A DNA stretch of 64,000 nucleotides from Stenotrophomonas sp. (lineage in GTDB: Bacteria; Pseudomonadota; Gammaproteobacteria; Xanthomonadales; Xanthomonadaceae), in the NCBI RefSeq assembly GCF_050737575.1, contig NZ_JBOHXW010000007.1, positions 20,722 through 84,721 on the forward strand, written 5' to 3'. A program made the position numbers and the translations under genes. This document shows, one piece after another, positions 20,950 through 31,073 of this stretch (positions are counted from its first letter, which is position 1; each line of letters starts with the position of its first letter). Under the pieces are notes generated by a model. The model was not told the DNA's origin, searched no databases, and saw only the letters and a program-made list of their open reading frames with translations.

Positions 20950-23210
20950 TTCGATTCTCCGTACCAGATGCCACGGCCTTCGGTGCCGAAATAGACGCGG
21001 CCGGGAATACGCGTATCACCGGTGACGTGACGGATCACGCCGCCAATGCGCTGCGCGTCGTTATCGATGCGGATCCAGCGGCGGCCACCGTTGTCGGAAC
21101 GGTACAGGCCGCGCTTGCCGGCCATCTCGCCGAATACGAACAGCACCGGCGTGTCACCGTCCTTGAGCGGCTTGCCCAGCCCGACCGAGAACACGTTGTC
21201 CAGGCCTTCCACACGACGCAGCTTGCCCGGCGACCAGTGCAACAGGCCTCGCCAACCAGCGGCAACCCAGGCCTCACCGGCCTGCCACGGATTCGGTCGG
21301 ATCTCGGCACGGAACCAATCACCCACCGCGCCGACGCCGGCCTCGGCCTGACGGAATTCCACGCCGCCGTCGCCACTGACATACAGCGCGCCACTGACCG
21401 GATCGAAGCCGTAGTACACGCCGGCCTCCAGCTTGTCCGCTTCCACCACCGCATTCTTCGGCAGGCCTTTCACCGCCTGCCAGCGGCCGCCGAAGTCGGC
21501 ACTGAGCCAATGGCCGCCATTGCGGGTCTGCCAGATCACCCGCTTGCCATCGGCGGCCAGGGTGATGCGCCCTGCACCTTCGCCATCTGGCGGCTCGTGC
21601 GCGAATGCCATCCAGCTGCGGCCGCCATCCTTCGACCAGGCCGCGCGCACCGCGCCTTCAGGGCGGTCATGGAAATAGCCGGTACGCACCATCAGCTGTG
21701 GTGCCTGCCCGGCATAGGCAAGGCTTTCGGTATTGGAGAAGCGCACGCCGGAAAACCGCTGCTGTGGCGTGTCCAGATCGTCATGTACGAAACCGTCGAT
21801 GTCGCCCAGACCACTGACCAGGTGCGCGCCCTGCGGCGGGCTGACCAGCGCCAGCGGAACGGTCTCCTCGAAGCCGGCCAGGGGGAAACGCCAGGTCAGG
21901 CGCTTGCCTTCGTCGAAGCTGCGCAGGTCGCGCGTATCCCAGATGCCGTAGCCGGTGACGAACTGCAGGTGGCCGGGGTCGTGCGGATCGATCGCCAGCA
22001 CGCCGATCCAATGCGGCCGCGCTTCCTCGGTCCACGGTGCATAGGAGTGGTCGAAGTCGGCGCGCGTGGACAGCGCAGTCCAGCTACGGCCGCCATCGAT
22101 GCTGCGGAAGATGTCGTCATGCGGCGCGAAGCGGTTGAAGGTGCTGGCGACGATACGCTGCGGGTCGTGCGGATCCACCGCCACCGCGCCCCAGCCGAAG
22201 CCGTCGCCCTGCAGGTCGGTGGACTGCGGTACCGGGGTGATGTCGGTCCATGCACCGTCGCGCGGATCAAAGCGCCACAGCGCACCGTTGTTCATGGTGT
22301 CGGGGCCGGGCTGGTCGCCGTAGCTCAGCAACCAGCGGCCCAGGCTGTCGCGCACCATGTGGTTGGGGCGCAAGCCGGTCGGCTGGCCCGGCACTGCCTG
22401 CCAGCTGCTGCCGGCATCATCGGAACGGTACAGCGCGGTCTGCTGGGTCGAGACGCCGGCGTACACCGTGCGCGATGCACCGTCGCCACCCTTGCTGTCT
22501 GGTTCGAAATTGATGAAGGCCACGCCGATGGCCTGCGCACCGTCCCAGCTCTGCGCGGTGGCTGCGGTGGATTTGGCGATTGCCGGGAACGACGTCAACT
22601 CGCTCCAGCTGACACCACCGTCGGCACTGCGCCACACGCCGTTGGCGCGGGTACCGAACAACAGCACCTTGCCGTCGTTCGGATCCACCGCCAGGCGCTC
22701 ACCATTGGCGCGGCCCAGTTCGTTGCCGCCCATCTTGAACGGCAGTTCGGTGCGTTGAAAACTCTGCCCGCGGTCGCTCGAACGCAGGATCACGCCGTTG
22801 CTGCCACGCTCGTGCAGATAAGTGCCCACCGCCATGTACAGGCGCTCGGGGTCGGCCGGATCGACGGCCATGCTTTCCACGCCGAAACGGCCCTGGTCGC
22901 TGGCGTCCATCCAGTCCAGCAAGGGTTGCCAGCGCTGCTGCGCCGGCTCCCAGCGGTACGCGCCACCGATATCGGTGCGCGCGTACTGCAGCCCCTGTTG
23001 CTGCGGGTGGAAGAGCAGCCCGGTGACGAAACCACCGCCGCCGATGGCGACGTTGTGCCACTGGTAGTCCACTGGCGCCGCCGGTGCGGACAGCGCGACC
23101 GTCGCTGGCAGCAGCATCGCCGCCGCCAGCATCCACCGCCGCAGAAGCCCGGCGCCCGTAGCCGCGTGTTGCTGCGTACCACCCGGGTTGAAGCGCCCGA
23201 CAACTGCCAT
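20946..23210 (-). CDS. GH74 xyloglucanase
   Basis: ATG 23210 with GGAGG RBS; WHNVAIGGGGFVTG, YARTDIGGAYRW, GERLAVDPN, SGLGDIDGF, RVYFGTEGRG motifs and repeated S-x-D-G-G-x-[ST]-W BNR motifs. Confidence 0.92.
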   Translation of the reverse strand: MAVVGRFNPGGTQQHAATGAGLLRRWMLAAAMLLPATVALSAPAAPVDYQWHNVAIGGGGFVTGLLFHPQQQGLQYARTDIGGAYRWEPAQQRWQPLLDWMDASDQGRFGVESMAVDPADPERLYMAVGTYLHERGSNGVILRSSDRGQSFQRTELPFKMGGNELGRANGERLAVDPNDGKVLLFGTRANGVWRSADGGVSWSELTSFPAIAKSTAATAQSWDGAQAIGVAFINFEPDSKGGDGASRTVYAGVSTQQTALYRSDDAGSSWQAVPGQPTGLRPNHMVRDSLGRWLLSYGDQPGPDTMNNGALWRFDPRDGAWTDITPVPQSTDLQGDGFGWGAVAVDPHDPQRIVASTFNRFAPHDDIFRSIDGGRSWTALSTRADFDHSYAPWTEEARPHWIGVLAIDPHDPGHLQFVTGYGIWDTRDLRSFDEGKRLTWRFPLAGFEETVPLALVSPPQGAHLVSGLGDIDGFVHDDLDTPQQRFSGVRFSNTESLAYAGQAPQLMVRTGYFHDRPEGAVRAAWSKDGGRSWMAFAHEPPDGEGAGRITLAADGKRVIWQTRNGGHWLSADFGGRWQAVKGLPKNAVVEADKLEAGVYYGFDPVSGALYVSGDGGVEFRQAEAGVGAVGDWFRAEIRPNPWQAGEAWVAAGWRGLLHWSPGKLRRVEGLDNVFSVGLGKPLKDGDTPVLFVFGEMAGKRGLYRSDNGGRRWIRIDNDAQRIGGVIRHVTGDTRIPGRVYFGTEGRGIWYGESN

Positions 23211-23224
23211 CACCGCACCTCCGT

Positions 23225-26164
23225 TCAAAGATCCAGGTTGGCCCGGATGCTCAATCCATAACGACGATCATTGACGTACCAGCCGTTGGGGCGACTGCTG
23301 CTGCCGTAGTAATCCGAGCGCACCTCATCCAGCAGGTTGGTGCCGTCCAGCGTCAGCGACCAGATCTTGTTGAGGTTGATCCGCAGCGACGCATCCAGCT
23401 GCCCGGTGGCGTCGTGGTACTGCGGCACGTGGCCCGCATTCGGCGGCCGCGTGGTGACCAGCCAGGTATCACGCCAGTTGTAGGCGGCACGGAAGGACAC
23501 ACGTTCCTTTTCGTACATCAACACCAGGTTGTAGCTCTTCTTCGACAGGCCTTCCAACGGCAGGTAGGAAATCTCGATGCCGTCGGTGCTGGCGGCGTCC
23601 GGTGCCGGTGCCTTGCTGTCCACGTAGGTGTAGTTGGCCTCGAAGCCCAGGCCGTCCAGCGCGCCCGGCAGGAAGGTGAAGAACTGGCGGTAACCGAGTT
23701 CGAAGCCCTTGATCTTGCCGTCCTGGCCGTTGGTACGGGTCTGCAGCTGGAACTCGCGCACGCACTCCATGCTCACGCATGGACGGGTCTCACCGGTGGT
23801 GGAACCTTCCAGCGGCATGTCGAAGTTCGGGTCGAAGTAATTGGCGGCGATCGTGTCGTAGTAGTAGAAGCCGTCAACCTGCTTGTAGAACGCGGTGCCG
23901 TAGATCATCGAGCCCAGGCCGAAGTACCACTCCAGCGAGGTATCGAACTGGTTGGAATACATCGGCTCCAGGTTTGGATTGCCGCGGCTGGCGTAGGAAA
24001 CGCCACCGGTGTTGAAGTCGAAGAACGTGTCGTTGAGATAGACGTAGGGGTCCATCAGGTTGAAGTCCGGGCGCGACATCGCCCGCGAGGCAGCCACGCG
24101 CCACTGCAGGTTGTCGGTCAGGAACATGCGGAAATTCAGGCTCGGCAACACATCGGTGTACGAGTGCTTGGCGTTGACCTGGTTGGTGTCATTGGTGGCT
24201 GAATTCTGCGCCAGCTCATAACCGTTGACCGTGGTCTCGGTGCGCACCACGCGCGCGCCGACGTTGACGTCCCACGGAAAGCGCGCCGAGTCGTTGCCCA
24301 GGCGCAGCATCGCGTATGCGGCGTAGGTCTTCTCGGTGTACTCGCGGATGTCGGTGATCGGGTTGTAGGCGATCGGCTCGTGACCGAACATGCGCACGGT
24401 GTTCTCGTAGTCGGCGACCATCTCGTCGCAAGCAACGTAGCCGGTCGGCAGGCCGCTGTTGCCACGGAAGTGGTCACTGAACGGGAACAACCGGTAGCAG
24501 GCATTGGGGTAGTCGGCGAACGGCGCCGGAGTGAAGCTGCCCCAGGCATTGTCGGTACCGGCCGGTGCGATCTTCTGCCAGTTCCAGCCCGAGCTGCGGG
24601 TGATGGCGCTGCGGTCGGTGTAACGCACGCCCATGCGCAGGTCGTTGAGCAGGTCGCTGTCGAGGAAATCCCAGCGCAGGTCGGCGCGCCAGGAGAACTG
24701 GTCGGCGTCGTTGTTGTCGCGCTTGTCCAGGTGCGAGTACCAGCCACCGTAGTTGCTGATGTCGCTCATGTAGCCGTTGATCGGCTGACCGGTCTCGCGG
24801 TCGAGGACGGTCACCGACGGATAGCGGCCGCTCATGTCCACGCGTACCGGCGGCACGCCGTACAGGCCGGACCAGCCACGCCAGTCATCCGGATCCACCT
24901 GGCCGGCGAGCAGGTCAACCCAGTAGTTGACGCTCTCGGTGGTGGCATCGATGTACTGGAAGTCGGTCGACAGGTGCAGGTTGTCGTTGACCTGCCACTT
25001 GCCACCCAGGGCGTAGTCGGTGGTCACCGAGTTGCGCCAGTCCATGCGCGCGGTGGTGGTGATCAGCGCGTTGTTGAAAGTGCCGTACTGGAACTCGCCG
25101 TTGCCGTCGAAGCCGAACGGGTCATTGAACGCTTCGTAGCCCGGGATGCTCGGCGAAACGAAGCCCCAGCCGTTGTTGGACCAGTTCACCAGGTCCTGGG
25201 TGTTGTTGTTGAGGTTGCCCACGCGCACGCTGTATTCGCGGTTGCGGAACTTGTAGTCCGAGCGCAGCACGGTGCCGTAGATCTCGACGTCGTCGTTCGG
25301 CTTCCACTGCAGCGCCACGTACTGACCGTCACGCTCGCGATCACCGAAGTGGCTGTACATGCCGACTTCGCTGGGGATGACGACGCTCTGGCCTTCGTAG
25401 CCGGGCACATCGTCATAGGACAGGTAGCTGCCCATGTTGATGCGGTCTTCGCGGTACTGGCCTTCCTGGTGGGCGACGTTGAACAGCACGCCAAATTCAC
25501 CGGCGTCGGTGTTCCAGCGGTTGGAGAACAGGATGGATGCCGAGGGCTGCAGCGAGTCGCGCAGGTCCCACTTGTTGAGGGTGAAGCTGCCGGAGACCTT
25601 CATGCCGTCCTGGTCGAAGGGCATGCGCGTGCGCAGATTGACCAGGCCACCGAGGCCGCCCTCGATCATCTCCGCGCTGGGGTTCTTGTAGACGTCCACG
25701 CCACCGAGCAGTTCGGCCGGCACGTCTTCCCAGCTCAATGCACGGCCGGCGTTGGCGGTGAAGATATCGCGGCCATTGAGCTCGCTGCGCACCTGGGTGA
25801 GGCCGCGCACCATGATGCCGCTGCCTTCGCCCTTGTTGCGGGTGATCTGCACGCCGGTGATGCGCTGCAGCGCTTCGGCGACGTTGTTGTCGGGCAGCTT
25901 GCCGATGTCCTCGGCCACGATCGAATCAACGATCTGGTCGGACTGTTCCTTGATGATCTGGGCCTTGGTCAGGCTGCCGCGGGTACCGGTGACCTCGACC
26001 GTGTCCAGCTCGGTGGCATTCGGGGTGGTGGCGGCATCCTGTGCTTGAGCGGCGGCCGACAGCAGCAGCGCCACGCTCAGGGCAAGGACGGTCGGTTGCA
26101 GACCGCTACAAGCGCGGCGACGCGCGCTATTGGCCACCGTGAGGCGGCGCTGGAACGTTGACAT
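23225..26164 (-). CDS. TonB-dependent oligosaccharide transporter
   Basis: ATG 26164 with GGGAGG RBS; TonB box ELDTVEVTG; plug motif DIGKLPDNNVAEALQRITGVQI; C-terminal beta-barrel strands; first gene of the sugar cluster. Confidence 0.93.
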   Translation of the reverse strand: MSTFQRRLTVANSARRRACSGLQPTVLALSVALLLSAAAQAQDAATTPNATELDTVEVTGTRGSLTKAQIIKEQSDQIVDSIVAEDIGKLPDNNVAEALQRITGVQITRNKGEGSGIMVRGLTQVRSELNGRDIFTANAGRALSWEDVPAELLGGVDVYKNPSAEMIEGGLGGLVNLRTRMPFDQDGMKVSGSFTLNKWDLRDSLQPSASILFSNRWNTDAGEFGVLFNVAHQEGQYREDRINMGSYLSYDDVPGYEGQSVVIPSEVGMYSHFGDRERDGQYVALQWKPNDDVEIYGTVLRSDYKFRNREYSVRVGNLNNNTQDLVNWSNNGWGFVSPSIPGYEAFNDPFGFDGNGEFQYGTFNNALITTTARMDWRNSVTTDYALGGKWQVNDNLHLSTDFQYIDATTESVNYWVDLLAGQVDPDDWRGWSGLYGVPPVRVDMSGRYPSVTVLDRETGQPINGYMSDISNYGGWYSHLDKRDNNDADQFSWRADLRWDFLDSDLLNDLRMGVRYTDRSAITRSSGWNWQKIAPAGTDNAWGSFTPAPFADYPNACYRLFPFSDHFRGNSGLPTGYVACDEMVADYENTVRMFGHEPIAYNPITDIREYTEKTYAAYAMLRLGNDSARFPWDVNVGARVVRTETTVNGYELAQNSATNDTNQVNAKHSYTDVLPSLNFRMFLTDNLQWRVAASRAMSRPDFNLMDPYVYLNDTFFDFNTGGVSYASRGNPNLEPMYSNQFDTSLEWYFGLGSMIYGTAFYKQVDGFYYYDTIAANYFDPNFDMPLEGSTTGETRPCVSMECVREFQLQTRTNGQDGKIKGFELGYRQFFTFLPGALDGLGFEANYTYVDSKAPAPDAASTDGIEISYLPLEGLSKKSYNLVLMYEKERVSFRAAYNWRDTWLVTTRPPNAGHVPQYHDATGQLDASLRINLNKIWSLTLDGTNLLDEVRSDYYGSSSRPNGWYVNDRRYGLSIRANLDL

Positions 26165-26424
26165 GAGTGTTCCCTCCCAGGACACATGACGACGATTGAG
26201 TTGTCCCCAGCACCGACGTCATTGCGCCTTTGGCACCAGGTGAAGCTGATTGAAAACCGCGTACCTGCGCACCCCGCCATGGCCGGGCGCCCGACTTACC
26301 GCTCTCCACATCACGCTGCCGGTGGATCCGCATGCCCCCCTGGCGCACGCGGGCCATGGCCCTGATACCAATGACCTGAAACAGCCACGGCGGCGAGCAT
26401 AGGCGGGGGTACTCATTCCCGACC

Positions 26425-26462
26425 AATGAAAAAATGCGCAGGATCTATATCAGAAGCGAATA
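26425..26462 (-). promoter_or_regulatory. Putative LysR binding site upstream of the TonB receptor operon
   Basis: Minus strand reads TATTCGCTTCTGATATA...TTTCATT; same motif and spacing as 27452-27489. Confidence 0.6.
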
Positions 26463-26470
26463 CCCAAGGA

Positions 26471-27424
26471 TCAGCCCGCCGGCGGATACAAGCGCCGCGC
26501 GGTCGCCCGCAGTGCCTCCAGGACCCGCTCCGCGCCTGGCGAGAGCAGTTGATCGCGGCGGCGGATGATGCCGAAGAACTCCATGCGTACGTCCAGGGCG
26601 ATCGGCAGCACCAGCATCTGCCCGGTCTGCAGGTAGGGTGCGACCGACTCGGCCGGCAGCGCGGTCAGCAGGTCGCTGTGCCGCAGCAGGTGGATGGTGA
26701 CCGGCAGCGAGGTGGTCTCGACGATGTTCTGCGGCGGTACCAGGCCATGCTCGAGGAATACCGCGTCCAGCCGTGAGCGCAGCACGCTGCCCTCCGGCGG
26801 CATGATCCAGCCGTGGTCGACCAGGTCGCCGTAGCTGACCCGCTGGCGCCCGGCCAGCGGATGCCCGGCACGCACGATCACCGAGTGAGGCTCGTCGGCC
26901 AGCGGCTCGAATTCCAGCTCGCTGCTGCCCTCGGCGCCCATGATGCGGCCGACCACGATGTCCAGTTGGCCATCCAGCAGCTTGGCCACCAGCGGGCGGC
27001 TGTAGTCCATCTCGATCTTGATCAGGATGTCGGGGAAGTCGCGCTTGAGCGCGGCCACCGCCTGCGGCACCAGGTTGGTACCGGGGTTGACCACGGTACC
27101 GATCGCGGCCTGGCCGGTACGGCCGCTACGCAGCGCCGCGATCTCGTCCTGGGCGCGGCCGATCTCCGACAGCGCCGAGCGTGCGCGGCGGATCATCACC
27201 TGCCCGTACCACGTGGGCTCGACCCCACGCGCATGCCGCTCGAACAGCGGCACACCCAGCAGGTCCTCCATTTCGGCCAGCAGCTTGGATGCCGCCGGCT
27301 GGGTCATGTTGGCGGCCTCGGCCGCGCGCAGCACCGAGCGCTGCTCGTACAGATGCAGCAGCAGCAACAGGTGACGGGTCTTCAAACGGGTGGCGCTGAA
27401 CCATCCGGTAGTAGGCTGAACCAT
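26471..27424 (-). CDS. LysR-family regulator (GbpR-like)
   Basis: N-terminal HTH SVLRAAEAANMTQPAASKLLAEMEDLLGVPLFER; divergent from the galactose operon. Confidence 0.93.
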   Translation of the reverse strand: MVQPTTGWFSATRLKTRHLLLLLHLYEQRSVLRAAEAANMTQPAASKLLAEMEDLLGVPLFERHARGVEPTWYGQVMIRRARSALSEIGRAQDEIAALRSGRTGQAAIGTVVNPGTNLVPQAVAALKRDFPDILIKIEMDYSRPLVAKLLDGQLDIVVGRIMGAEGSSELEFEPLADEPHSVIVRAGHPLAGRQRVSYGDLVDHGWIMPPEGSVLRSRLDAVFLEHGLVPPQNIVETTSLPVTIHLLRHSDLLTALPAESVAPYLQTGQMLVLPIALDVRMEFFGIIRRRDQLLSPGAERVLEALRATARRLYPPAG

Positions 27425-27451
27425 GCGCGCCGATCCCCTCGACTGAGTAGC

Positions 27452-27494
27452 TATTCGCCCAGCGAATACATTACGACAAAAATTTCATTTGTCG
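27452..27494 (+). promoter_or_regulatory. Putative LysR recognition/activation sites in the lysR-SDR divergent promoter
   Basis: Palindrome TATTCGC-CCA-GCGAATA (T-N11-A core) followed by CGACAAA-N7-TTTGTCG. Confidence 0.65.
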
Positions 27495-27669
27495 CACATA
27501 GGTTCTCACGCAAGGCTATGCCACGCTTCCGTCAGCACCGCTGCCGCCCTGCCGGGCAGGCGCGGCCAGTACCGACAGCAGGCTTCAGGGAGAAAGGGAT
27601 GAGGATTTCACGATCAGCCGGCGCCAACAGCGCTGGCGGATGCTGCGTCTGCCGGGCCGGAGGCCGCCG

Positions 27670-28404
27670 ATGAGCGGGCGCCTGGCCGGCAAGGTGGCCG
27701 TGGTGACCGGCGCCGCCAGCGGCATAGGCGCGGCCATCGCCCGCCTGTTCCATGCCGAAGGCGCGCAGGTGATCGGCATCGACCTGACTCCCGGCGATGC
27801 CGATGGCTTCAGCCTGCTGCAGGGCGACATCACCGATACCGCCGCGATGCGCCGCCTGGTCGACGGCATCCTTGGCCAGCACGGCCGTATCGATGTACTG
27901 GTCAACAATGCCGGTGCCGACGTGTTCTCCGACCCGCTCGCGCTGGACGACGCGCAGTGGCAGCGTTGTTTCGCCCTGAACCTGGAGGGCGCCTGGCAGC
28001 TGTGCAAGGCCGTGCTGCCGGGCATGGTCGCGCAACAGGCTGGCGCCATCGTCAACATCGCCTCGGTGCATGGCCACAAGATCATCCCCGGCGCGTTCCC
28101 GTACCCGGTGGCCAAGCACGCCTTGATCGGCATGACCCGCTCGCTCGGCATCGAATACGCCGCGCATGGCATCCGCGTGAACTCGATTTCGCCGGGGCTG
28201 ATCCTGGTGCCGCGCATCGAGGCCTGGTTCGAGCGTGAACCCGGCGCCCGCGAACGCCAGACCGCCTTGCTGCCGCCGCGCCGCATCGGCACACCGGAGG
28301 AAGTCGCCTACACCGCGTTGTTCCTGGCCGGCGACGAAGCGCACTTCATCAATGCCACCGATATCCTGATCGATGGCGGCCGCTCACAGGTGTACCACGA
28401 CTGA
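27670..28404 (+). CDS. SDR oxidoreductase, probable D-galactose 1-dehydrogenase
   Basis: TGAASGIG, NNAG and YPVAK SDR motifs; first gene of the dgo cluster. The substrate is inferred from context. Confidence 0.75.
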   Translation: MSGRLAGKVAVVTGAASGIGAAIARLFHAEGAQVIGIDLTPGDADGFSLLQGDITDTAAMRRLVDGILGQHGRIDVLVNNAGADVFSDPLALDDAQWQRCFALNLEGAWQLCKAVLPGMVAQQAGAIVNIASVHGHKIIPGAFPYPVAKHALIGMTRSLGIEYAAHGIRVNSISPGLILVPRIEAWFEREPGARERQTALLPPRRIGTPEEVAYTALFLAGDEAHFINATDILIDGGRSQVYHD

Positions 28405-28405
28405 C

Positions 28406-29023
28406 ATGACCACCCTGCCCTTCCAGCTGCCTTTGATCGCCATCCTGCGCGGCATCACGCCAAGCGAGGTGGACGCGCATGTCGATGCGCTGGTCGAGGA
28501 AGGTTTCGACGCGATCGAGATCCCGACCAATTCACCAGGCTGGCTGGAAAGCGTGCAACGCAGCGTACAACGCTATGGCCAGCACGCCTGCATCGGTGCC
28601 GGCACGGTCGTGCAGCCCGCGCACATCGACGGGTTGTTGCAGGCCGGCGGCCGCTTGATGGTCACGCCCAATACCGACCCGCAGCTGATCCAGCGCGCGG
28701 TCGCCGAAGGACTGCTGGTGGCGGCGGGATTCGCCACTGCCAGCGAAGCATTCCAGGCACTGCGGGCAGGCGCGCAGATGCTCAAGCTGTTCCCGGCTTC
28801 CATCCACGGCCCGGCACTGGTGCGCGCGTTGCGCAGCGTGCTGCCGCCGGTTCCCCTTTTCGCCGTCGGTGGCGTCTCCCCCGACACCCTTGCCAGCTAT
28901 CTTTCCGCTGGTTGCGTGGGTGCGGGCATCGGCGGTGACCTTTATCAACCCGGCCAGGCGGTGCAGACCACGCGTGAACACGCGCGGCGCTTCCGCCAGG
29001 CCTACTTGGACCACTCCGCATGA
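28406..29023 (+). CDS. dgoA: 2-dehydro-3-deoxy-6-phosphogalactonate aldolase
   Basis: [34 protein letters not shown] motifs. Confidence 0.93.
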   Translation: MTTLPFQLPLIAILRGITPSEVDAHVDALVEEGFDAIEIPTNSPGWLESVQRSVQRYGQHACIGAGTVVQPAHIDGLLQAGGRLMVTPNTDPQLIQRAVAEGLLVAAGFATASEAFQALRAGAQMLKLFPASIHGPALVRALRSVLPPVPLFAVGGVSPDTLASYLSAGCVGAGIGGDLYQPGQAVQTTREHARRFRQAYLDHSA

Positions 29024-30171
29024 AGATCGTGCGTCTGACCACCTACCAGGCAGCACCACGCTGGCTGTTCCTCAAGATCGAGACCGACGAAGGCATCAGC
29101 GGTTGGGGCGAGCCGGTAATCGAAGGGCGTGCCGCCACGGTGGAAGCGGCCGTGCACGAACTCGGCGACTACCTGATCGGCAAGGACCCGGCACGCATCA
29201 ACGACCTCTGGCAGGTGTTGTACCGCGGCGGTTTCTACCGCGGTGGCGCGATCCTGATGAGTGCCGTCGCCGGCATCGACCAGGCCCTGTGGGACATCAA
29301 GGGCAAGGCATTGGGTGTACCGGTCTACCAGTTGCTTGGCGGCCTGGTGCGTGATCGCATGAAGACCTACCGCTGGGTCGGCGGTGACCGCCCCGCCGAG
29401 ATCGTCGCCCAGATGCGGCATTACCAGTCGCTCGGCTTCGACACCTTCAAGTTCAACGGCACCGAGGAACTGAAGCTGATCGACAGCCCGCGCGCGGTGG
29501 ATGGCGCGATTGAAAAGGTCGCCGCGATCCGCGAGGCACTCGGCAACAGCGTCGATTTCGGCATCGATTTCCATGGCCGCGTGAGCGCACCGATGGCGCG
29601 CGTGCTGCTGCGCGAACTGGCACCGTACCGGCCATTGTTCGTCGAAGAACCGGTGCTGCCGGAACAGTGGGAGTACTACCGGCCGTTGTCGGAGATCAGC
29701 AGCATTCCGTTGGCCGCTGGCGAGCGCATGTATTCGCGCAGCGAGTTCAAGCCGGTGCTGGCTGCCGGCGGCCTGTCCATCCTGCAACCGGACCTGTCGC
29801 ACGCCGGTGGCATCAGTGAATGCCACAAGATCGCCGCGATGGCCGAAGCGCATGACGTCGCGCTGGCCCCGCATTGCCCGCTCGGCCCGGTGGCACTGGC
29901 CGCCTGCCTGCAGCTGGATTTCGTCAGCCACAACGCGATGCTGCAGGAACAGAGCATCGGCATCCATTACAACGAAGGCGCGGACCTGCTGGACTACGTC
30001 ATCAACAAGGACGACTTCGCCTGCGACGCGCAGGGCTGCATCGCAGCGCTTCCCAAACCGGGCCTGGGCGTGGAGATCGACGAAGCACGCCTGATCGAAG
30101 CCAACCGCAATCCACCGCGCTGGCGTAACCCGTTGTGGCGTCACGCCGACGGCAGCGTCGCCGAATGGTGA
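29020..30171 (+). CDS. dgoD: D-galactonate dehydratase
   Basis: [51 protein letters not shown] motifs. Confidence 0.96.
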   Translation: MKIVRLTTYQAAPRWLFLKIETDEGISGWGEPVIEGRAATVEAAVHELGDYLIGKDPARINDLWQVLYRGGFYRGGAILMSAVAGIDQALWDIKGKALGVPVYQLLGGLVRDRMKTYRWVGGDRPAEIVAQMRHYQSLGFDTFKFNGTEELKLIDSPRAVDGAIEKVAAIREALGNSVDFGIDFHGRVSAPMARVLLRELAPYRPLFVEEPVLPEQWEYYRPLSEISSIPLAAGERMYSRSEFKPVLAAGGLSILQPDLSHAGGISECHKIAAMAEAHDVALAPHCPLGPVALAACLQLDFVSHNAMLQEQSIGIHYNEGADLLDYVINKDDFACDAQGCIAALPKPGLGVEIDEARLIEANRNPPRWRNPLWRHADGSVAEW

Positions 30172-31073
30172 GTGCGCCGAGCGCGACAGCGGCGCAGCTG
30201 CTGGTCGACAGCCGCTGCGAACTGGGCGAAGGCATCCTCTGGTGCGACCGCAACAAGGTGCTGTACTGGACCGACATCCTCGCCGGCCGCCTGTGGCGCT
30301 TCGATCCCGCACACGGGCACAGCCAGTACTGGCAGCTGCATGAAGCACTTGGGTGCCTTGCGCTGGGTGCCGATGGCCGCCTGCTGCTGGGTCTGGCCAA
30401 CGGCCTGTACACGGCCGACCCGGAAGCCCACCTGCACAGCGCGCAGCTGCCACTGCAACTGCTGGTCGCCGTGGAGGCCGATGATGCCAATACCTGCATC
30501 AACGATGGCCGTGCCGACCGCGATGGCAACTTCGTGTTCGGCACCAAGAGCGACCACCCGGATGGCCGTCGCGGCGGGCGCCATTATCAGTGGAGTGCCG
30601 CACACGGACTGCGCCCGCTGCCGCTGCCCTTGGCCACCATTCCCAATGCCATCTGCTTCAGCCCGGACGGCAAGCGCATCTACTTCTGTGACTCGCTCGA
30701 TGGCCGCCTGCTCACCGCGCGCTACGACGCCGCCTCGGCGCACGCCGAGCAGATCGAGGTCTTCGTCGCGCTGGCTGAAACCGGCGTGGAGCCCGACGGT
30801 GCCGTTGTCGATGACGATAGCTGTCTGTGGAACGCACAGTGGGGCGCCGGCCGCGTGGTGCGCTATTCGCCGACCGGTGAAGCCACCCGACTGGTGACGC
30901 TGCCGGCACGGCACAGCTCCTGCTGCGTGATCGGTGAGGATGCGCTGTACATCACCAGCGCACGCATCGGCCTGGATGCGCACGCGCTTGAACATGAGCC
31001 GCTGTCCGGCGGCGTGTTCGTGCTGCCGCTGCACGGCACCCGTGCGCGCGTGGACCGGGTGCTGCTGCCATGA
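30165..31073 (+). CDS. SMP-30/gluconolactonase-family lactonase (probable galactonolactonase)
   Basis: [36 protein letters not shown] motifs. Start may be GTG 30168. Confidence 0.87.
   Translation: MVSAPSATAAQLLVDSRCELGEGILWCDRNKVLYWTDILAGRLWRFDPAHGHSQYWQLHEALGCLALGADGRLLLGLANGLYTADPEAHLHSAQLPLQLLVAVEADDANTCINDGRADRDGNFVFGTKSDHPDGRRGGRHYQWSAAHGLRPLPLPLATIPNAICFSPDGKRIYFCDSLDGRLLTARYDAASAHAEQIEVFVALAETGVEPDGAVVDDDSCLWNAQWGAGRVVRYSPTGEATRLVTLPARHSSCCVIGEDALYITSARIGLDAHALEHEPLSGGVFVLPLHGTRARVDRVLLP

Noticed and set aside
23225-23240. TonB receptor ends in Leu rather than Phe
   Set aside because: The terminal strand still alternates hydrophobic residues and the stop is 14 nt from the next gene; tolerated variation, not a truncation.
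26165-26424. LacI/XylR-type palindromic operator for the xylose genes
   Set aside because: No convincing LacI-type palindrome found by eye here or upstream of xylB/xylA.
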